In this document: positions 40,312-50,855 of the stretch, in pieces
Layout: the number at the start of each line of letters is the position of its first letter
How positions within the stretch are numbered: position 1 is the first letter of the stretch
Source of the DNA: Candidatus Oxydemutatoraceae bacterium
Lineage (GTDB): Bacteria > Pseudomonadota > Gammaproteobacteria > Poriferisulfidales > Oxydemutatoraceae
DNA: 64,000 bases
NCBI GenBank assembly: GCA_965220085.1
Contig: CBDCOZ010000001.1
Location: 128,001 to 192,000 of the forward strand
Reading direction: 5' to 3'
Notes under the pieces: model-generated
The model's input: only the letters and a program-made list of their open reading frames with translations
Databases searched by the model: none
What the model was told of the DNA's origin: nothing
Program-made: the position numbers and the translations under genes

Positions 40312-40389
40312 GGTTAGTCGGTGTGGTTAGTAATAACTGCTATACTAGGCATGAGAAAAACAAGGCGAAGTGAAAGCAACGCCCGTTTC

Positions 40390-40530
40390 CGAATTATCCC
40401 AAACTAAAAAGGTGGCGGTGATTATTATGAAAACTATCAACTGCTCTGCGGGCATTGCAACCGCGCAAAAGGAAACCGCTCTATGGAGTATTTGCGAACA
40501 AGGATAACATGCCGTAAAAGTGTCATTAAG
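40390..40530 (+). pseudogene. HNH endonuclease remnant
   Basis: RIIPN*KGGGDYYENYQLLCGHCNRAKG with in-frame stop and no start. Confidence 0.65.
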
Positions 40531-40612
40531 TTTTGGGCGGTAATTGAGAACAGAAAGCCGACAGAGAAAGAGCTTAAAACAGCATACAGGATTACCAAAA
40601 TGCTAAAACCTT

Positions 40613-41146
40613 GTGAGTACGATGCGGTTTGAGATTGTCGGAGCCTACCTTTATGAGGGGGCGAGGACAGAAACAGCAGAACGGCAGAATCTTTTCATAA
40701 GAAGTGCGATTAACCGCTATTACTACGCGGCATTTCATGTGAAAATAGAAATGTATAAGTGTCTGCACAAAGATCATGGTATAAACCTCATGGGGAAAGG
40801 CGGAAAAGCAAAGCATCATGGCATTAGAAGAGAGCATAAAAAGAATATATTAAGGAAAATCTCCTCAGAAGATCAATCTACGATGATGAAAGGGCACTTA
40901 GATGCTTTTAGTACTCTCCTTCAGGAAGCTTATGGATATAGGAGGGTAGCAGATTATGAGCCCGATACAGATGTCACTTTAGACACCACAAGAACCAATA
41001 AAATAATGTTTAAATCGGCGACACAAAACGAGTGCATGGAGATAGACTTTGAAGAGGTTCGTGAATGGCCGGAGGAAGCCCGCCAGCGCAGTCAGGAAAT
41101 CATTCGGATAGTAGAGAATCAATTGCCCCGTGATCCGGCTAGTTAA
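40613..41146 (+). CDS. HEPN-domain protein, putative retron effector
   Basis: RSAINRYYYAAFH and YRRVADY motifs. Confidence 0.75.
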   Translation: MSTMRFEIVGAYLYEGARTETAERQNLFIRSAINRYYYAAFHVKIEMYKCLHKDHGINLMGKGGKAKHHGIRREHKKNILRKISSEDQSTMMKGHLDAFSTLLQEAYGYRRVADYEPDTDVTLDTTRTNKIMFKSATQNECMEIDFEEVREWPEEARQRSQEIIRIVENQLPRDPAS

Positions 41147-41738
41147 TACGATGCATAAATCATCTATCAATACAGGAGACCGACAAGATTTAGAAAGAAC
41201 TGTAACCACTTTCCTCCGAAGGCGTTGGGGAAATGAAGTTTCAGGTGTTTTTATGACCATCCATGAAGAGGACGAGACTATTGATGTCCTTATAGATCTC
41301 TCTGAGGCTTCTCTTATTGACCAAGATGGAATAAAAGCCGACTATTTAAAACTGCTACGGGAGATGAAATTACGCTCAGGAAAAATCAGTTGGATTGCTC
41401 GCAGTGGCTTGGTTGACAAAACGTGGCTCTTAACACTTTTGAAAATCATAGGGTCTGCGAGTCTGCAAGATATCATTAAAGCCGTCAAGGAAAACTTTCC
41501 CTATATAGAAGAGAGCCAAGTGAAAAAGAAAATAGAGTCTTTGCGAAGAAGCGGAGAAATAATATGGCAACCTCCTCACACTGACACAAATAATTTGGCC
41601 ACCTATGCGCTTACTAAAAAAGGGTTGGATATAGCCCGCTCCTTTATTGGAACACAAAGCCCGGACGTAAGAAGGGCTCTATATTTGAGTGCACAGTGTA
41701 AAAAGTGTGTTAGTATTGCTAATAGGAGTGGCGAATGA
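41130..41738 (+). CDS. Winged-helix protein, retron-associated
   Basis: SLQDII...IESLRRSGEI...YALTKKG wHTH pattern; SPDVRRALYL tail; overlaps HEPN gene. Confidence 0.65.
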   Translation: MIRLVNTMHKSSINTGDRQDLERTVTTFLRRRWGNEVSGVFMTIHEEDETIDVLIDLSEASLIDQDGIKADYLKLLREMKLRSGKISWIARSGLVDKTWLLTLLKIIGSASLQDIIKAVKENFPYIEESQVKKKIESLRRSGEIIWQPPHTDTNNLATYALTKKGLDIARSFIGTQSPDVRRALYLSAQCKKCVSIANRSGE

Positions 41739-41860
41739 ATTGCAGGGTATGCCATCATACTCGCCGCGCAAGGCTAGGCAAAGAAGGGCGCTCCACATTG
41801 GGTCGCTTTTCCTTCAGAAAGCGCGACCAAATGTGTCGCTTGTTAAACAATAGTCAAACA
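41708..41860 (+). ncRNA. Putative retron msr-msd ncRNA
   Basis: Imperfect a1/a2-like IR (41708-41726 / 41839-41860), stem GGCGA..TCGCC (41730-41765), long hairpin 41794-41835, directly upstream of the RT. Confidence 0.65.
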
Positions 41861-41865
41861 TAGCC

Positions 41866-42891
41866 GTGATAGCCCCGCCACTCCTTGTTTCCTATATAGA
41901 CACGAAACATTATCTTCAGGCGCTAGGCGAAGAGTTCTCCTGCGACGACAAAGATAAGATACGCGCGCTGGCTGAGAGGAACTTGCCTCCTGTTGTTTCG
42001 TATTCTTGCTTGGGTTTGCTTTTTGGTTTGGATGCTCGATTTGTTCGCTCCCTAAGTAATGAGAAAAAGTATTACCGCATTTTTAAGGTTAAGAAAAGCA
42101 ATAAGCAAAGGCGGATTCATGCCCCGAAGGTTGCATTAAAGGTAATACAAAAGTGGTTTGGTTATCATTTGGCGCGCGCTCTCAAAGAGGACTCAACATT
42201 CCCTGATGACCACATTTTTGGTTTTGTTCCTGAAAAGTCACATATTCTGGCTGCGCAAAAACATTGCGCAGCCAGACCCGACTGGGTTTGCTCCGCAGAT
42301 ATTGAAAACTTCTTTGGAACAACAAACGGAGACACCATAAAGAGGCCGCTCATGGGGTTAGGATACTCCGAACATGCTTGCGACATCATTCTTGCGCTGT
42401 GCTGTTACAAAGATTATTTGCCCCAAGGCGCTCCATCCAGTCCTGTTTTGTCTAATCTGGCAATGAAAGAAACGGATGCAAAATTATGTTCTTTAGCCGA
42501 ACAAAAGAAGGTGTTATTTACACGGTATGCGGACGATATTGTCTTCTCAGGCTCAGGGGATTTGGATTCCGACCAGTTCCGACAATCTGTGAATGAAATA
42601 TTTCATGATACCTGCTGGAAACTCTCTCAAAGAAAAACTTACTTTATGCAACGCGCGCAAGGTGCGGGTCTGAAAGTTCACGGCTTGCTGATACATAACG
42701 ATAATGTAAGGCTCCCTAAATCTTACCGAAACAAAATCCGAGCTTATAAGCATATGCTGGGCCAGGAGAGGCCGAACACAGAAATAAAGAAAGAAAGCGT
42801 GAAGCGGCTAACAGGGCATGTCAAGTATGCGCAACATGTAGAAAATCAGCACATGGAAAATCTCGGAGAGGATTCGGATGAGCCTGTTTGA
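41866..42891 (+). CDS. Retron-type reverse transcriptase
   Basis: APKVALKVIQ, AAQKH (region X-like), DIENFF, LPQGAPSSP, YADD, LKVHGL (VTG-like region Y). Confidence 0.9.
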   Translation: MIAPPLLVSYIDTKHYLQALGEEFSCDDKDKIRALAERNLPPVVSYSCLGLLFGLDARFVRSLSNEKKYYRIFKVKKSNKQRRIHAPKVALKVIQKWFGYHLARALKEDSTFPDDHIFGFVPEKSHILAAQKHCAARPDWVCSADIENFFGTTNGDTIKRPLMGLGYSEHACDIILALCCYKDYLPQGAPSSPVLSNLAMKETDAKLCSLAEQKKVLFTRYADDIVFSGSGDLDSDQFRQSVNEIFHDTCWKLSQRKTYFMQRAQGAGLKVHGLLIHNDNVRLPKSYRNKIRAYKHMLGQERPNTEIKKESVKRLTGHVKYAQHVENQHMENLGEDSDEPV

Positions 42892-42921
42892 GGCGTTGGT
42901 CGAAGGCCTGCATTTCCAATT

Positions 42922-43212
42922 CTAATAATAGGGTCTGGCTTTAACTATGTCCTTTAACTCATCAATCTCAAGCCAAGGTTCTTTGCGATGGATCATTCGG
43001 TGACAACTAGCGCAAACGAGGATTAAATCCTCTGGGCAGGTCTCGCGCGCGCCGTCGCTGAGTGGTCGGGTATGGTGACACTCAATATAGCCATCGCCGC
43101 GTTCGCCATAATTTTTACGATAATTGAAGTCGCACACCTCACAAAAAATATCCTTATATTCTTCTAAGAACAATGCTTTTTTGTGTTGAACGAGTCCGTT
43201 ATTGATAGTCAT
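42922..43212 (-). pseudogene. McrA-like HNH nuclease C-terminal part, probably 5'-truncated by MITE copy 3
   Basis: CEVCDFNY..YGERG.GYIECHH..PLS...LVCASCHRMIH; ORF begins 6 bp from the MITE. Confidence 0.7.
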
Positions 43213-43218
43213 CGTTTT

Positions 43219-43413
43219 GGGAATTATATGCCTGTGTATGCAATCAGACCATTAAACAGAGGCATTTCAATGACAAAGAGAAAGGCAAAGACAATCGGAT
43301 TATTTGAACTGTATAAGATGTTTGAAACAGAGCACAAAGCAGTGAAATGGCCGGAGTCAATTTTAGGATTGCGGACTGACAGGCTGTTTTGCATACGCAG
43401 GCATATAATTCCC
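43219..43413 (+). mobile_element. 195-bp MITE, copy 3
   Basis: Near-identical to copy 1. Confidence 0.92.
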
Positions 43414-43496
43414 AAAATGTTGGGTTTCTGCGAAAAGTTGTTATGATTGACGGCTATTCGTACTCCGATATAAGCAGTATTTATCAGGATTTGGTG

Positions 43497-44174
43497 ATGA
43501 AAGATTTAATTTGCCCGTCTATATTGTCCGCTGATTTGGCGCGCCTTGGCGAACAGGTCAATGCGGCGCTGGATGCCGGCGCGGACATGATTCACTTTGA
43601 CGTGATGGACAATCACTATGTGCCGAATCTGACATTCGGCCCGATGGTCTGCAAAGCGGTGCGCGATTACGGGGTTGCCGCGCCCTTGGATGTGCATCTG
43701 ATGGCGACGCCGGTCGATCGGCTGATCGAGGCGTATGCCGATGCCGGAGCGGATTGGATCACCTTTCATCCGGATGCGACCGATGATGTCGCGCGCAGTT
43801 TGCGACTGGCAAAAGACAAAGGCTGCAAAGCGGGCTTGGTGCTAAACCCGCAGGCGTCGCTTGAGAGCGCGGCGCAGGCCGTGGGCGAGATCGATATGCT
43901 ATTGCTGATGTCGGTGAATCCGGGATTCGGCGGTCAGCAGTTTATGCCGTCGGCGCTGGATAAGTTGCGCGAGGCGCGGCGCCTGATCGACCGCAGCGGG
44001 CGCGAGATTCGCTTGGAGATCGACGGCGGAATCAAAGTGTCCAATATCGCCGCGGCGAAGGCCGCGGGCGCGGATACCTTTGTCGCGGGGTCGGCGATCT
44101 TCGGCGCCGACGACTATCGCGAGACGATCGGGGCGATGCGCCGCGCCATCGCAGCGGCCGCGTCATCGCGCTGA
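43497..44174 (+). CDS. rpe: Ribulose-phosphate 3-epimerase
   Basis: [35 protein letters not shown]. Confidence 0.97.
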   Translation: MKDLICPSILSADLARLGEQVNAALDAGADMIHFDVMDNHYVPNLTFGPMVCKAVRDYGVAAPLDVHLMATPVDRLIEAYADAGADWITFHPDATDDVARSLRLAKDKGCKAGLVLNPQASLESAAQAVGEIDMLLLMSVNPGFGGQQFMPSALDKLREARRLIDRSGREIRLEIDGGIKVSNIAAAKAAGADTFVAGSAIFGADDYRETIGAMRRAIAAAASSR

Positions 44175-44180
44175 CGGCGG

Positions 44181-45653
44181 ATGAATTTGACGCGAGAACA
44201 ATATCAACGACTGGTTGATCAGGGTTACACGCACATCCCGTTATTTATCGAGGTTGAGACCGACAGCTCGCCCGCCGATATTTATCTGAAACTGGCGGCG
44301 GGCAAGATGAGCTACTTGTTGCAATCGGCGGGAGCCGATACCGAGCAGGGGCGATACTCTTTTATTGGGCTTGAGTGTCGCAAGCACATTCGCATCAGCG
44401 ACAAGCGCATCACCCTGCATCGCAACGGCGAGGAGCAAACCCGCGCGGCGGATGATCCCTTGGCCTGGATAGAGGAATACATCAAGACTTTTCGCGTGCC
44501 TCCCATCGAAGGCTTGCCGCGGTTTAGCGGCGGGTTTGTGGGTTATTTCGGTTATGAGACGATACGGCTGATTGAGCCGAAACTCGCCGGCCGCGCGCTG
44601 CCCGACATGCTCGGCACGCCGGATATTTTTCTTTTTGTATCGGAGCGGCTTGCCGTATTTGACAGCGCGCGCAATGCGCTTTTTTTGATCGCGCATGCGG
44701 ATGCATCGCGCGCCGACGCGTATGACGCCGCGCGCGAAGAGCTTGCGCGGATGCGCTCCGAGTTGCGCAAAGACGTTCCGCTGTTGCCGGCGGCGGAAAG
44801 CGCGCCGGATGAGAAAGACTTTGTGTCCGGTTTCGGCAAGGCGGAATATATGCGAGCGGCGGAGACGTGCCGGCAATACATCACCGACGGCGAAGCGATG
44901 CAGATCGTGTTGTCGCAGCGAATGCAAGCGCCGTTTCGGTGCGCGCCGTTTCATCTCTATCGGGCGTTGTTGCGCTTAAACCCCTCGCCGTATATGTACT
45001 ATTTTGATTTTGGCGATTTCCGCGTGGTCGGTTCTTCTCCCGAGATACTCGCGCGGCTGCGGGGCGATGAGCTGACGCTCAGGCCCATCGCCGGCACCCG
45101 TCGCCGCGGGGCGACGGCGGCGGAAGACTTGGCGCTTGAGAAGGAACTGCTGGGGGATAAAAAGGAATTGGCCGAGCATCTGATGTTGATCGATCTCGGG
45201 CGCAATGATCTCGGGCGCATCGCGCGGATCGGCAGCGTCTGCGTCACCGAAAAGATGGCGATCGAGCGCTACTCCCACGTGATGCATATCGTTTCCAATG
45301 TGACCGGCAGGAAACGCGACGATGTCGGTTTGCCGGAGGTGTTGCGCGCGACTTTCCCGGCGGGCACCGTATCGGGCGCGCCCAAAGTGCGGGCGATGGA
45401 GATCATCGCGATGTTGGAGCCGGTGAAGCGCAATATCTACTCGGGGGCGGTCGGTTATATCGGCTGGGACGGCGCCATCGATACCGCCATCGCCATTCGC
45501 ACCGCCGTCATCAAAGACGAGACGCTGTTTGTGCAGACCGGCGCCGGCCTGGTGTATGATTCAAACCCGGCGCACGAATGGATGGAGACGATGAACAAGG
45601 CGCGGGTTCTGTTCAAGGCCGCCGAGATGGCGGGCGCGGTATCGCGGGTATAA
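44181..45653 (+). CDS. trpE: Anthranilate synthase component I
   Basis: [33 protein letters not shown]. Confidence 0.96.
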   Translation: MNLTREQYQRLVDQGYTHIPLFIEVETDSSPADIYLKLAAGKMSYLLQSAGADTEQGRYSFIGLECRKHIRISDKRITLHRNGEEQTRAADDPLAWIEEYIKTFRVPPIEGLPRFSGGFVGYFGYETIRLIEPKLAGRALPDMLGTPDIFLFVSERLAVFDSARNALFLIAHADASRADAYDAAREELARMRSELRKDVPLLPAAESAPDEKDFVSGFGKAEYMRAAETCRQYITDGEAMQIVLSQRMQAPFRCAPFHLYRALLRLNPSPYMYYFDFGDFRVVGSSPEILARLRGDELTLRPIAGTRRRGATAAEDLALEKELLGDKKELAEHLMLIDLGRNDLGRIARIGSVCVTEKMAIERYSHVMHIVSNVTGRKRDDVGLPEVLRATFPAGTVSGAPKVRAMEIIAMLEPVKRNIYSGAVGYIGWDGAIDTAIAIRTAVIKDETLFVQTGAGLVYDSNPAHEWMETMNKARVLFKAAEMAGAVSRV

Positions 45654-45678
45654 TGCTTGTTCTTTTGCGGTTGTCGGT

Positions 45679-46257
45679 ATGATTTTGATGATAGATAACT
45701 ACGATTCGTTCACCTATAATCTGGTGCAGTATTTCGGCGAGTTGGGCGCGCGGGTGAAGGTGTTTCGCAACGACCGCATCGATGTCGCGCAGATCGCGTC
45801 TCTGGCGCCCGAACGAATCGTGATATCACCCGGTCCCGGAACTCCCGATACGGCCGGGGTGACGCTTGACACCATCCGCGCTTTTGCGCACAAGGCGCCG
45901 ATACTGGGCGTGTGTCTTGGCATGCAGGCGATCGGCCAAGTGTTTGGCGGCAAGATCACGCATGCGGCGACAATCAAGCACGGCAAAACCTCGTTGATAC
46001 ACCACACGAGCGCCGGCGTTTTCAGCGGCTTTGAAAGCCCTTTCACCGCCACCCGCTATCACTCTTTGGCGATTGACAGAGCGTCTTTTCCCGCCGACTT
46101 GGAAGAAACCGCCTGGACCGAAGAGGACGCGGCAAGAGAGATTATGGGGATTCGCCACCGCGCCTATCCGGTCGCCGGTGTTCAATTTCATCCCGAATCC
46201 ATCCTGACCCGCAACGGTCATGCGTTGCTGAAGAATTTTCTCGACGATGCAATTTAG
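45679..46257 (+). CDS. trpG: Anthranilate synthase component II
   Basis: [27 protein letters not shown]. Confidence 0.94.
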   Translation: MILMIDNYDSFTYNLVQYFGELGARVKVFRNDRIDVAQIASLAPERIVISPGPGTPDTAGVTLDTIRAFAHKAPILGVCLGMQAIGQVFGGKITHAATIKHGKTSLIHHTSAGVFSGFESPFTATRYHSLAIDRASFPADLEETAWTEEDAAREIMGIRHRAYPVAGVQFHPESILTRNGHALLKNFLDDAI

Positions 46258-47272
46258 CGATTTAATCAGAACGCTCAGCGCGAAGAAGCCGCTTGGCGCA
46301 GAGCGGGTGCGCGCCGCGATGCGGGCGATCATTGCCGGCGACAGCGATCCGGTGCAGGTCGGCGCGTTTCTCGCCGTGTTGCATATGTACGGAGAAGACA
46401 GCGCCACCCTGCAGGCGGCGGCCGAAGTGTTGCTGGAGGCGGCGGTGCCGCTTGATGCGCCCGCAGAGAATCTAATCGATACCTGCGGCACCGGCGGCGA
46501 TGGCGTCGCCAGTTTCAATATTTCCAGCGCCGCGGCGATCGTTGCCGCCGCCGCCGGCGCGGTCGTGGCAAAACATGGCAATCGGGCGGTTTCAAGCAGT
46601 TGCGGCAGCGCCGATGTGCTCGAGGCGGCGGGGGTGGCGGTCGCGCTCGATGCGGCGGGCGTTGCGCACACGCTGGAGCGGGTCGGCATCGGTTTTCTGT
46701 TTGCTCCGAACTTTCATCCGGCGCTGGCGCAAGTGGCGCCGGTGCGCAAGGCGCTCGGCGTGCGCACCATATTTAATCTGCTGGGCCCGCTGGTGAATCC
46801 CGCGCGCCCGCCGCGCAGAATCATCGGCGTGTTTGACAAGAGCCTGTTGCGGACGATGGCCGCTGTGGCGGTCGCGCTCGGAGCGCGCCATGTGCTGGTC
46901 GCGCACTCCGAGGACGGCATGGACGAGATCAGCGCGTCGGCGCCGACCTCGGTGTATGAGATTGACGCCGCCAGCGGCGCGCAAAGGGAATTCTCCGTCA
47001 CGCCCGAGGAGTTTGGCATCCAAGCGACGCCGCTGGATGCCTTGCGTGTCGACGGCGTCGAGCAGAGCCTGGCGATGTTGCATTCGGTTTTTTCCGGCGC
47101 GCCCGGCGCGGCAAGCGATGCGACGGCATTGAACGCCGGCGCGGCGTTGTATGTCGCCGGGCTGGCGGATAGCATCGGGCAAGGGGTGGCGCTGGCGCAA
47201 GAGACGATACGCGACGGCCGCGCGTCGGACAAGCTGAATCAGTGGGTCGCTGTGAGCGGCGAATATGTTTGA
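46247..47272 (+). CDS. trpD: Anthranilate phosphoribosyltransferase
   Basis: [21 protein letters not shown]. Confidence 0.96.
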   Translation: MQFSDLIRTLSAKKPLGAERVRAAMRAIIAGDSDPVQVGAFLAVLHMYGEDSATLQAAAEVLLEAAVPLDAPAENLIDTCGTGGDGVASFNISSAAAIVAAAAGAVVAKHGNRAVSSSCGSADVLEAAGVAVALDAAGVAHTLERVGIGFLFAPNFHPALAQVAPVRKALGVRTIFNLLGPLVNPARPPRRIIGVFDKSLLRTMAAVAVALGARHVLVAHSEDGMDEISASAPTSVYEIDAASGAQREFSVTPEEFGIQATPLDALRVDGVEQSLAMLHSVFSGAPGAASDATALNAGAALYVAGLADSIGQGVALAQETIRDGRASDKLNQWVAVSGEYV

Positions 47273-47281
47273 GGCGCGGAT

Positions 47282-48079
47282 GTGATACTGGATACGATAC
47301 TGCGCCACAAGCGCAATGAGATCAAGCGGGCAAAAAAGAAATACGGCATTTCGGCGCTCAAAGATTTTGCCGACGCGCAGGGCGCGGTGCGCGGCTTTGG
47401 CAACAGTTTGCGACAGCGGATAGCGGGCGGTCATGCGGCGGTCATCGCCGAGATCAAACGCGCATCGCCGAGCAAGGGGGTGTTGCGGGAGGACTTTGAC
47501 CCGGTTCAAATTGCCGCCGGCTTCATGCGCGCCGGCGCGTGTTGTCTCTCCGTTTTGACCGATGTCCGTTTCTTCAAAGGGTCGGGGGCGATTCTGGACT
47601 TGGCGCGGCGCCACTGTATGTTGCCCGCCCTGCGCAAGGATTTCATCGTGGATACCTATCAGGTTTATGAAAGCCGCGCCCTCGGAGCGGATTGCATATT
47701 GCTGATCGCCGCCGCCTTGCCCGATGACGGTTTGTTGCAAGAGTTGTCCGCCGTCGCGCAGCGCTTGGGCATGGATGCGCTCTTTGAAGCGCACGATGAA
47801 GCCGAACTCGACCGTATTCTGGCGCTCGGCGACGCCGCCGCATTGATCGGAATCAACAACCGCAATTTGCGCACCTTTGAAGTCTCCCTTGAAACGAGCA
47901 TCGCTCTGGCCGCAAGAGTGCCCGAGGACAAACTGGTCGTCAGCGAGAGCGGGATTCAAACACCGGCCGATATTGAGACCCTGCGACGGAATAACATCCG
48001 CGCGTATCTGATCGGAGAGACCCTGATGCGGGCCGCCGACCCGGCGACGGCTCTGCGCGAATTGATCGCTGCGCAATAG
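47282..48079 (+). CDS. trpC: Indole-3-glycerol phosphate synthase
   Basis: IAEIKRASPSKG, LRKDF, GINNRNL, SESGI. Confidence 0.96.
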   Translation: MILDTILRHKRNEIKRAKKKYGISALKDFADAQGAVRGFGNSLRQRIAGGHAAVIAEIKRASPSKGVLREDFDPVQIAAGFMRAGACCLSVLTDVRFFKGSGAILDLARRHCMLPALRKDFIVDTYQVYESRALGADCILLIAAALPDDGLLQELSAVAQRLGMDALFEAHDEAELDRILALGDAAALIGINNRNLRTFEVSLETSIALAARVPEDKLVVSESGIQTPADIETLRRNNIRAYLIGETLMRAADPATALRELIAAQ

Positions 48080-48712
48080 GCTATCCGCTTGGTGTTGCCC
48101 GCGCTCTGGCCGCAAGAGCGCCCGAGGACAAACTGGTCGTCAGCGAGAGCGGGATTCAAACACCGGCCGATATTGAGACCCTGCGACGGAATAACATCCG
48201 CGCGTATCTGATCGGAGAGACCCTGATGCGGGCCGCCGACCCGGCGACGGCTCTGCGCGAATTGATCGCTGCGCAATAGGCTATCCGCTTGGTGTTGCCC
48301 GCGCTCTGGCCGCAAGAGCGCCCGAGGACAAACTGGTCGTCAGCGAGAGCGGGATTCAAACACCGGCCGATATTGAGACCCTGCGACGGAATAACATCCG
48401 CGCGTATCTGATCGGAGAGACCCTGATGCGGGCCGCCGACCCGGCGACGGCTCTGCGCGAATTGATCGCTGCGCAATAGGCTATCCGCTTGGTGTTGCCC
48501 GCGCTCTGGCCGCAAGAGCGCCCGAGGACAAACCGGTCGTCAGCGAGAGCGGGATTCAAACGCCGGCCGATATTGAGACCCTGCGACGGAATAACATCCG
48601 CGCGTATCTGATCGGAGAGACCCTGATGCGGGCCGCCGACCCGGCGACGGCTCTGCGCGAATTGATCGTTGCGCAATAGGCTATCCGCTTGGTGTTGCCC
48701 GCGCTCTGGCCG
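47902..48712. repeat. Tandem array 200 bp x4 of the trpC/hydantoinase convergent junction
   Basis: CGCTCTGGCCG at 47902, 48102, 48302, 48502, 48702. Confidence 0.95.
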
Positions 48713-50600
48713 ACTCGTTGCGTCGCAGGCGCAGATTGCCCATACTGTCCCGTTGCGCCCGCCAGTTTTGCGCCACCCAGGTGGTGCAATTGGCATCGGA
48801 GATCACCGTGTTGGCTTCAAAGCGCTCGTTCGCGCGGGCGCTCGTTTGATACTTCCCGAGCGCTTCTTGGAATGTGATCTCCGGTTCGCTATGGGCTTCC
48901 AGACGCAACGACACCAACTCTGCCGCCGCATCCAGGCGGTGACCGTAACGCTGTTCGTGCATGCGGTGGAATGCGGCTTGGGTTCGCTCCGGGCCCTGCC
49001 ACGGCAAGGTGAGGCAGAACAACTGTCCCAGATAGCGCAGGTCACAACTATATCGCAGCTCAAATTGCGCGATTTGTTGCGCGCGCATAGCGCTTGCGAC
49101 TTGCCTTTCAAGCCGTTGCCGAATGGCGGCGATCGCGGATGCCTCAATGCCGTCGATCGGCGCGCATACGGTATGCGTGCGATACAGTCCCTTGCGCGCC
49201 GTAAGCATACCGAGCGCCGACAAGACGCCCGCATAGGCCGGTATGATCGCCCGCTTGATATTGAGTCCGTCCGCCAGCGCGCAAATATGCAGGCCCGCCG
49301 CCGCGCCGAATCCGCACAGCAAAAACGCATCGCCCGAACAGGCTTTTGCGGCCAGCGTTTTTCTCAGCGCTTGTACCATCTGCTCGTTCGCCAGCTTTAT
49401 CACACCGTCCGCCGCTTCGTCGCGATCGATGCCAAGCGCGGCACAAAGAGGCCGAAACGCCGCCTCCGCCTTTGCCATATCCAAAGTCAGGTTTTGCAGG
49501 ACGGTCGGTATGTGACCGAGAATCAGGTTGGCATCGGTGACGGTCGGCTTTTCGCCGCCGCGTCCGTAACACGCCGGGCCGGGCATGGAGCCGGCGGATT
49601 CGGGGCCAAGGCGCAGCAGGCCGGCTTCATCCGCGAAGGCGATGGAGCCGCCGCCGGCGCCGATCGTTCGGATATCCGCCATCGGTATCGTCACCGGCCA
49701 ACAGCCGATCTGTCGGCAGCCGGTCAGGGCTATGTCGCCGTCGATGATCGCGACATCGGTCGAGGTGCCGCCCATATCAAAGGCGAGCATTTTTTGTTCG
49801 CCTAACATATCCGCGACGTGCTTGGCGCCGATCACACCCCCCGCGGGCCCGGACAAAAGCAAGTTGACCGAGCGCTTGGCGGCTTGCTGTGATGCGATGG
49901 TATGTCCGTTGCTTTGCATCACCCGGATGTTTGCGGCGGGCAATGCGCTGCCGAGTTTTTTCAGGTAGGCGTCTATCAAAGGGATGAGACGCGCATTGAG
50001 CCAGGTGACGATGCCGCGCTCGTACTCGCCGGGCGCCGGATGCAACGCGGAGGAGCGGGAGACAAAAAAATCGTCTTGCAGCGCGCGCTCTATTTCCTCC
50101 TCAAAATGGCTGTCTATAAAGGAAAACAGGAGATTAACGGCGACCGATTGCGCCCCCATTTGCTTGAGGCGCCGGCGGATGGCAACGATCTGCGCGGCAT
50201 CCAATTCTTCCAACACCTCTCCCTGCGGTGTGATGCGTCCGCCGGTTTCAAAACACAGTTCGCGCATAACGGGGATGGTCTTTGCCGCCGGTTTCAGGTT
50301 GTACAATTCGCTCCGTGTTTGTCTGCCGATCGTCAGCGTATCGGCGAAGCCGTAGTTTGTGATGTAAGCGGTCTTCGCTCCGCGTCCTTGCAACACCGCA
50401 TTGGTCGCGATGGTGGTGCCGTGCATCATCGACAGGGGCAGATGCGGCGCGATACCCAACTCGCGCAGTCCGCTAACGATCGCTTGCTCGGGCGCATCCG
50501 GCGTGGACAAGGTCTTATGAGCCCTTACGCCCTCCTCGGTGACCAGCACAAAGTCGGTGAATGTGCCCCCTGTATCGATGCCAATTAGTATGTTATTCAC
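48681..50600 (-). CDS. Hydantoinase A / 5-oxoprolinase subunit
   Basis: GIDTGGTFTD, HGTTIATN, LSGPAGG, DMGGTSTD, IGAGGGS. Confidence 0.9.
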   Translation of the reverse strand: MNNILIGIDTGGTFTDFVLVTEEGVRAHKTLSTPDAPEQAIVSGLRELGIAPHLPLSMMHGTTIATNAVLQGRGAKTAYITNYGFADTLTIGRQTRSELYNLKPAAKTIPVMRELCFETGGRITPQGEVLEELDAAQIVAIRRRLKQMGAQSVAVNLLFSFIDSHFEEEIERALQDDFFVSRSSALHPAPGEYERGIVTWLNARLIPLIDAYLKKLGSALPAANIRVMQSNGHTIASQQAAKRSVNLLLSGPAGGVIGAKHVADMLGEQKMLAFDMGGTSTDVAIIDGDIALTGCRQIGCWPVTIPMADIRTIGAGGGSIAFADEAGLLRLGPESAGSMPGPACYGRGGEKPTVTDANLILGHIPTVLQNLTLDMAKAEAAFRPLCAALGIDRDEAADGVIKLANEQMVQALRKTLAAKACSGDAFLLCGFGAAAGLHICALADGLNIKRAIIPAYAGVLSALGMLTARKGLYRTHTVCAPIDGIEASAIAAIRQRLERQVASAMRAQQIAQFELRYSCDLRYLGQLFCLTLPWQGPERTQAAFHRMHEQRYGHRLDAAAELVSLRLEAHSEPEITFQEALGKYQTSARANERFEANTVISDANCTTWVAQNWRAQRDSMGNLRLRRNESARARATPSG

Positions 50601-50697
50601 AATCTTTCAGTCGGATTTCAAGTGGTTGGAATGACTCATAGTGTAAGGGTTATTCACAAGATATTCCGTATATATACACATAGATATTCACCCCCGA

Positions 50698-50713
50698 CCA
50701 CAATATATAGTAG
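50698..50713. promoter_or_regulatory. NrdR box
   Basis: CCACAATATATAGTAG upstream of nrdA; weaker second site near 50742-50757. Confidence 0.65.
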
Positions 50714-50855
50714 TTATGGTCGCAAAGTAGTGCTATTATAGACACAAGATGCGGTAGACATCGCTTTGACGGGTTATTTTGTTTGAAAGGCCCGTTGAGA
50801 AGGTAAATATAGTCGGGCTTTGCCCTTTAATTTTAGAGAGAGAGAGACACCAATA

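Larger units (their letters stand above)
38889..43413. mobile_element. MITE-bounded composite element carrying a retron
   Basis: Outer MITEs in direct orientation; 8-bp TSD AAAATGTT at 38881-38888 and 43414-43421; low-GC cargo. Confidence 0.88.

Noticed and set aside
41866-42891. RT as DGR or group II intron enzyme driving the repeats
   Set aside because: Retron-type motifs and context, no maturase or Avd gene, and no adenine-specific TR/VR pair was seen
47956-48796. Repeated ~119-aa ORFs
   Set aside because: By-products of the 200-bp array
50780-50800. TTGAAAGGCCCGTTG resembling the tag-coding DNA
   Set aside because: Short match in the nrdA leader, not at the end of an ORF; probably chance
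50835-50846. (AG)6 run upstream of nrdA
   Set aside because: Too short to support phase variation; may simply serve as a purine-rich RBS region
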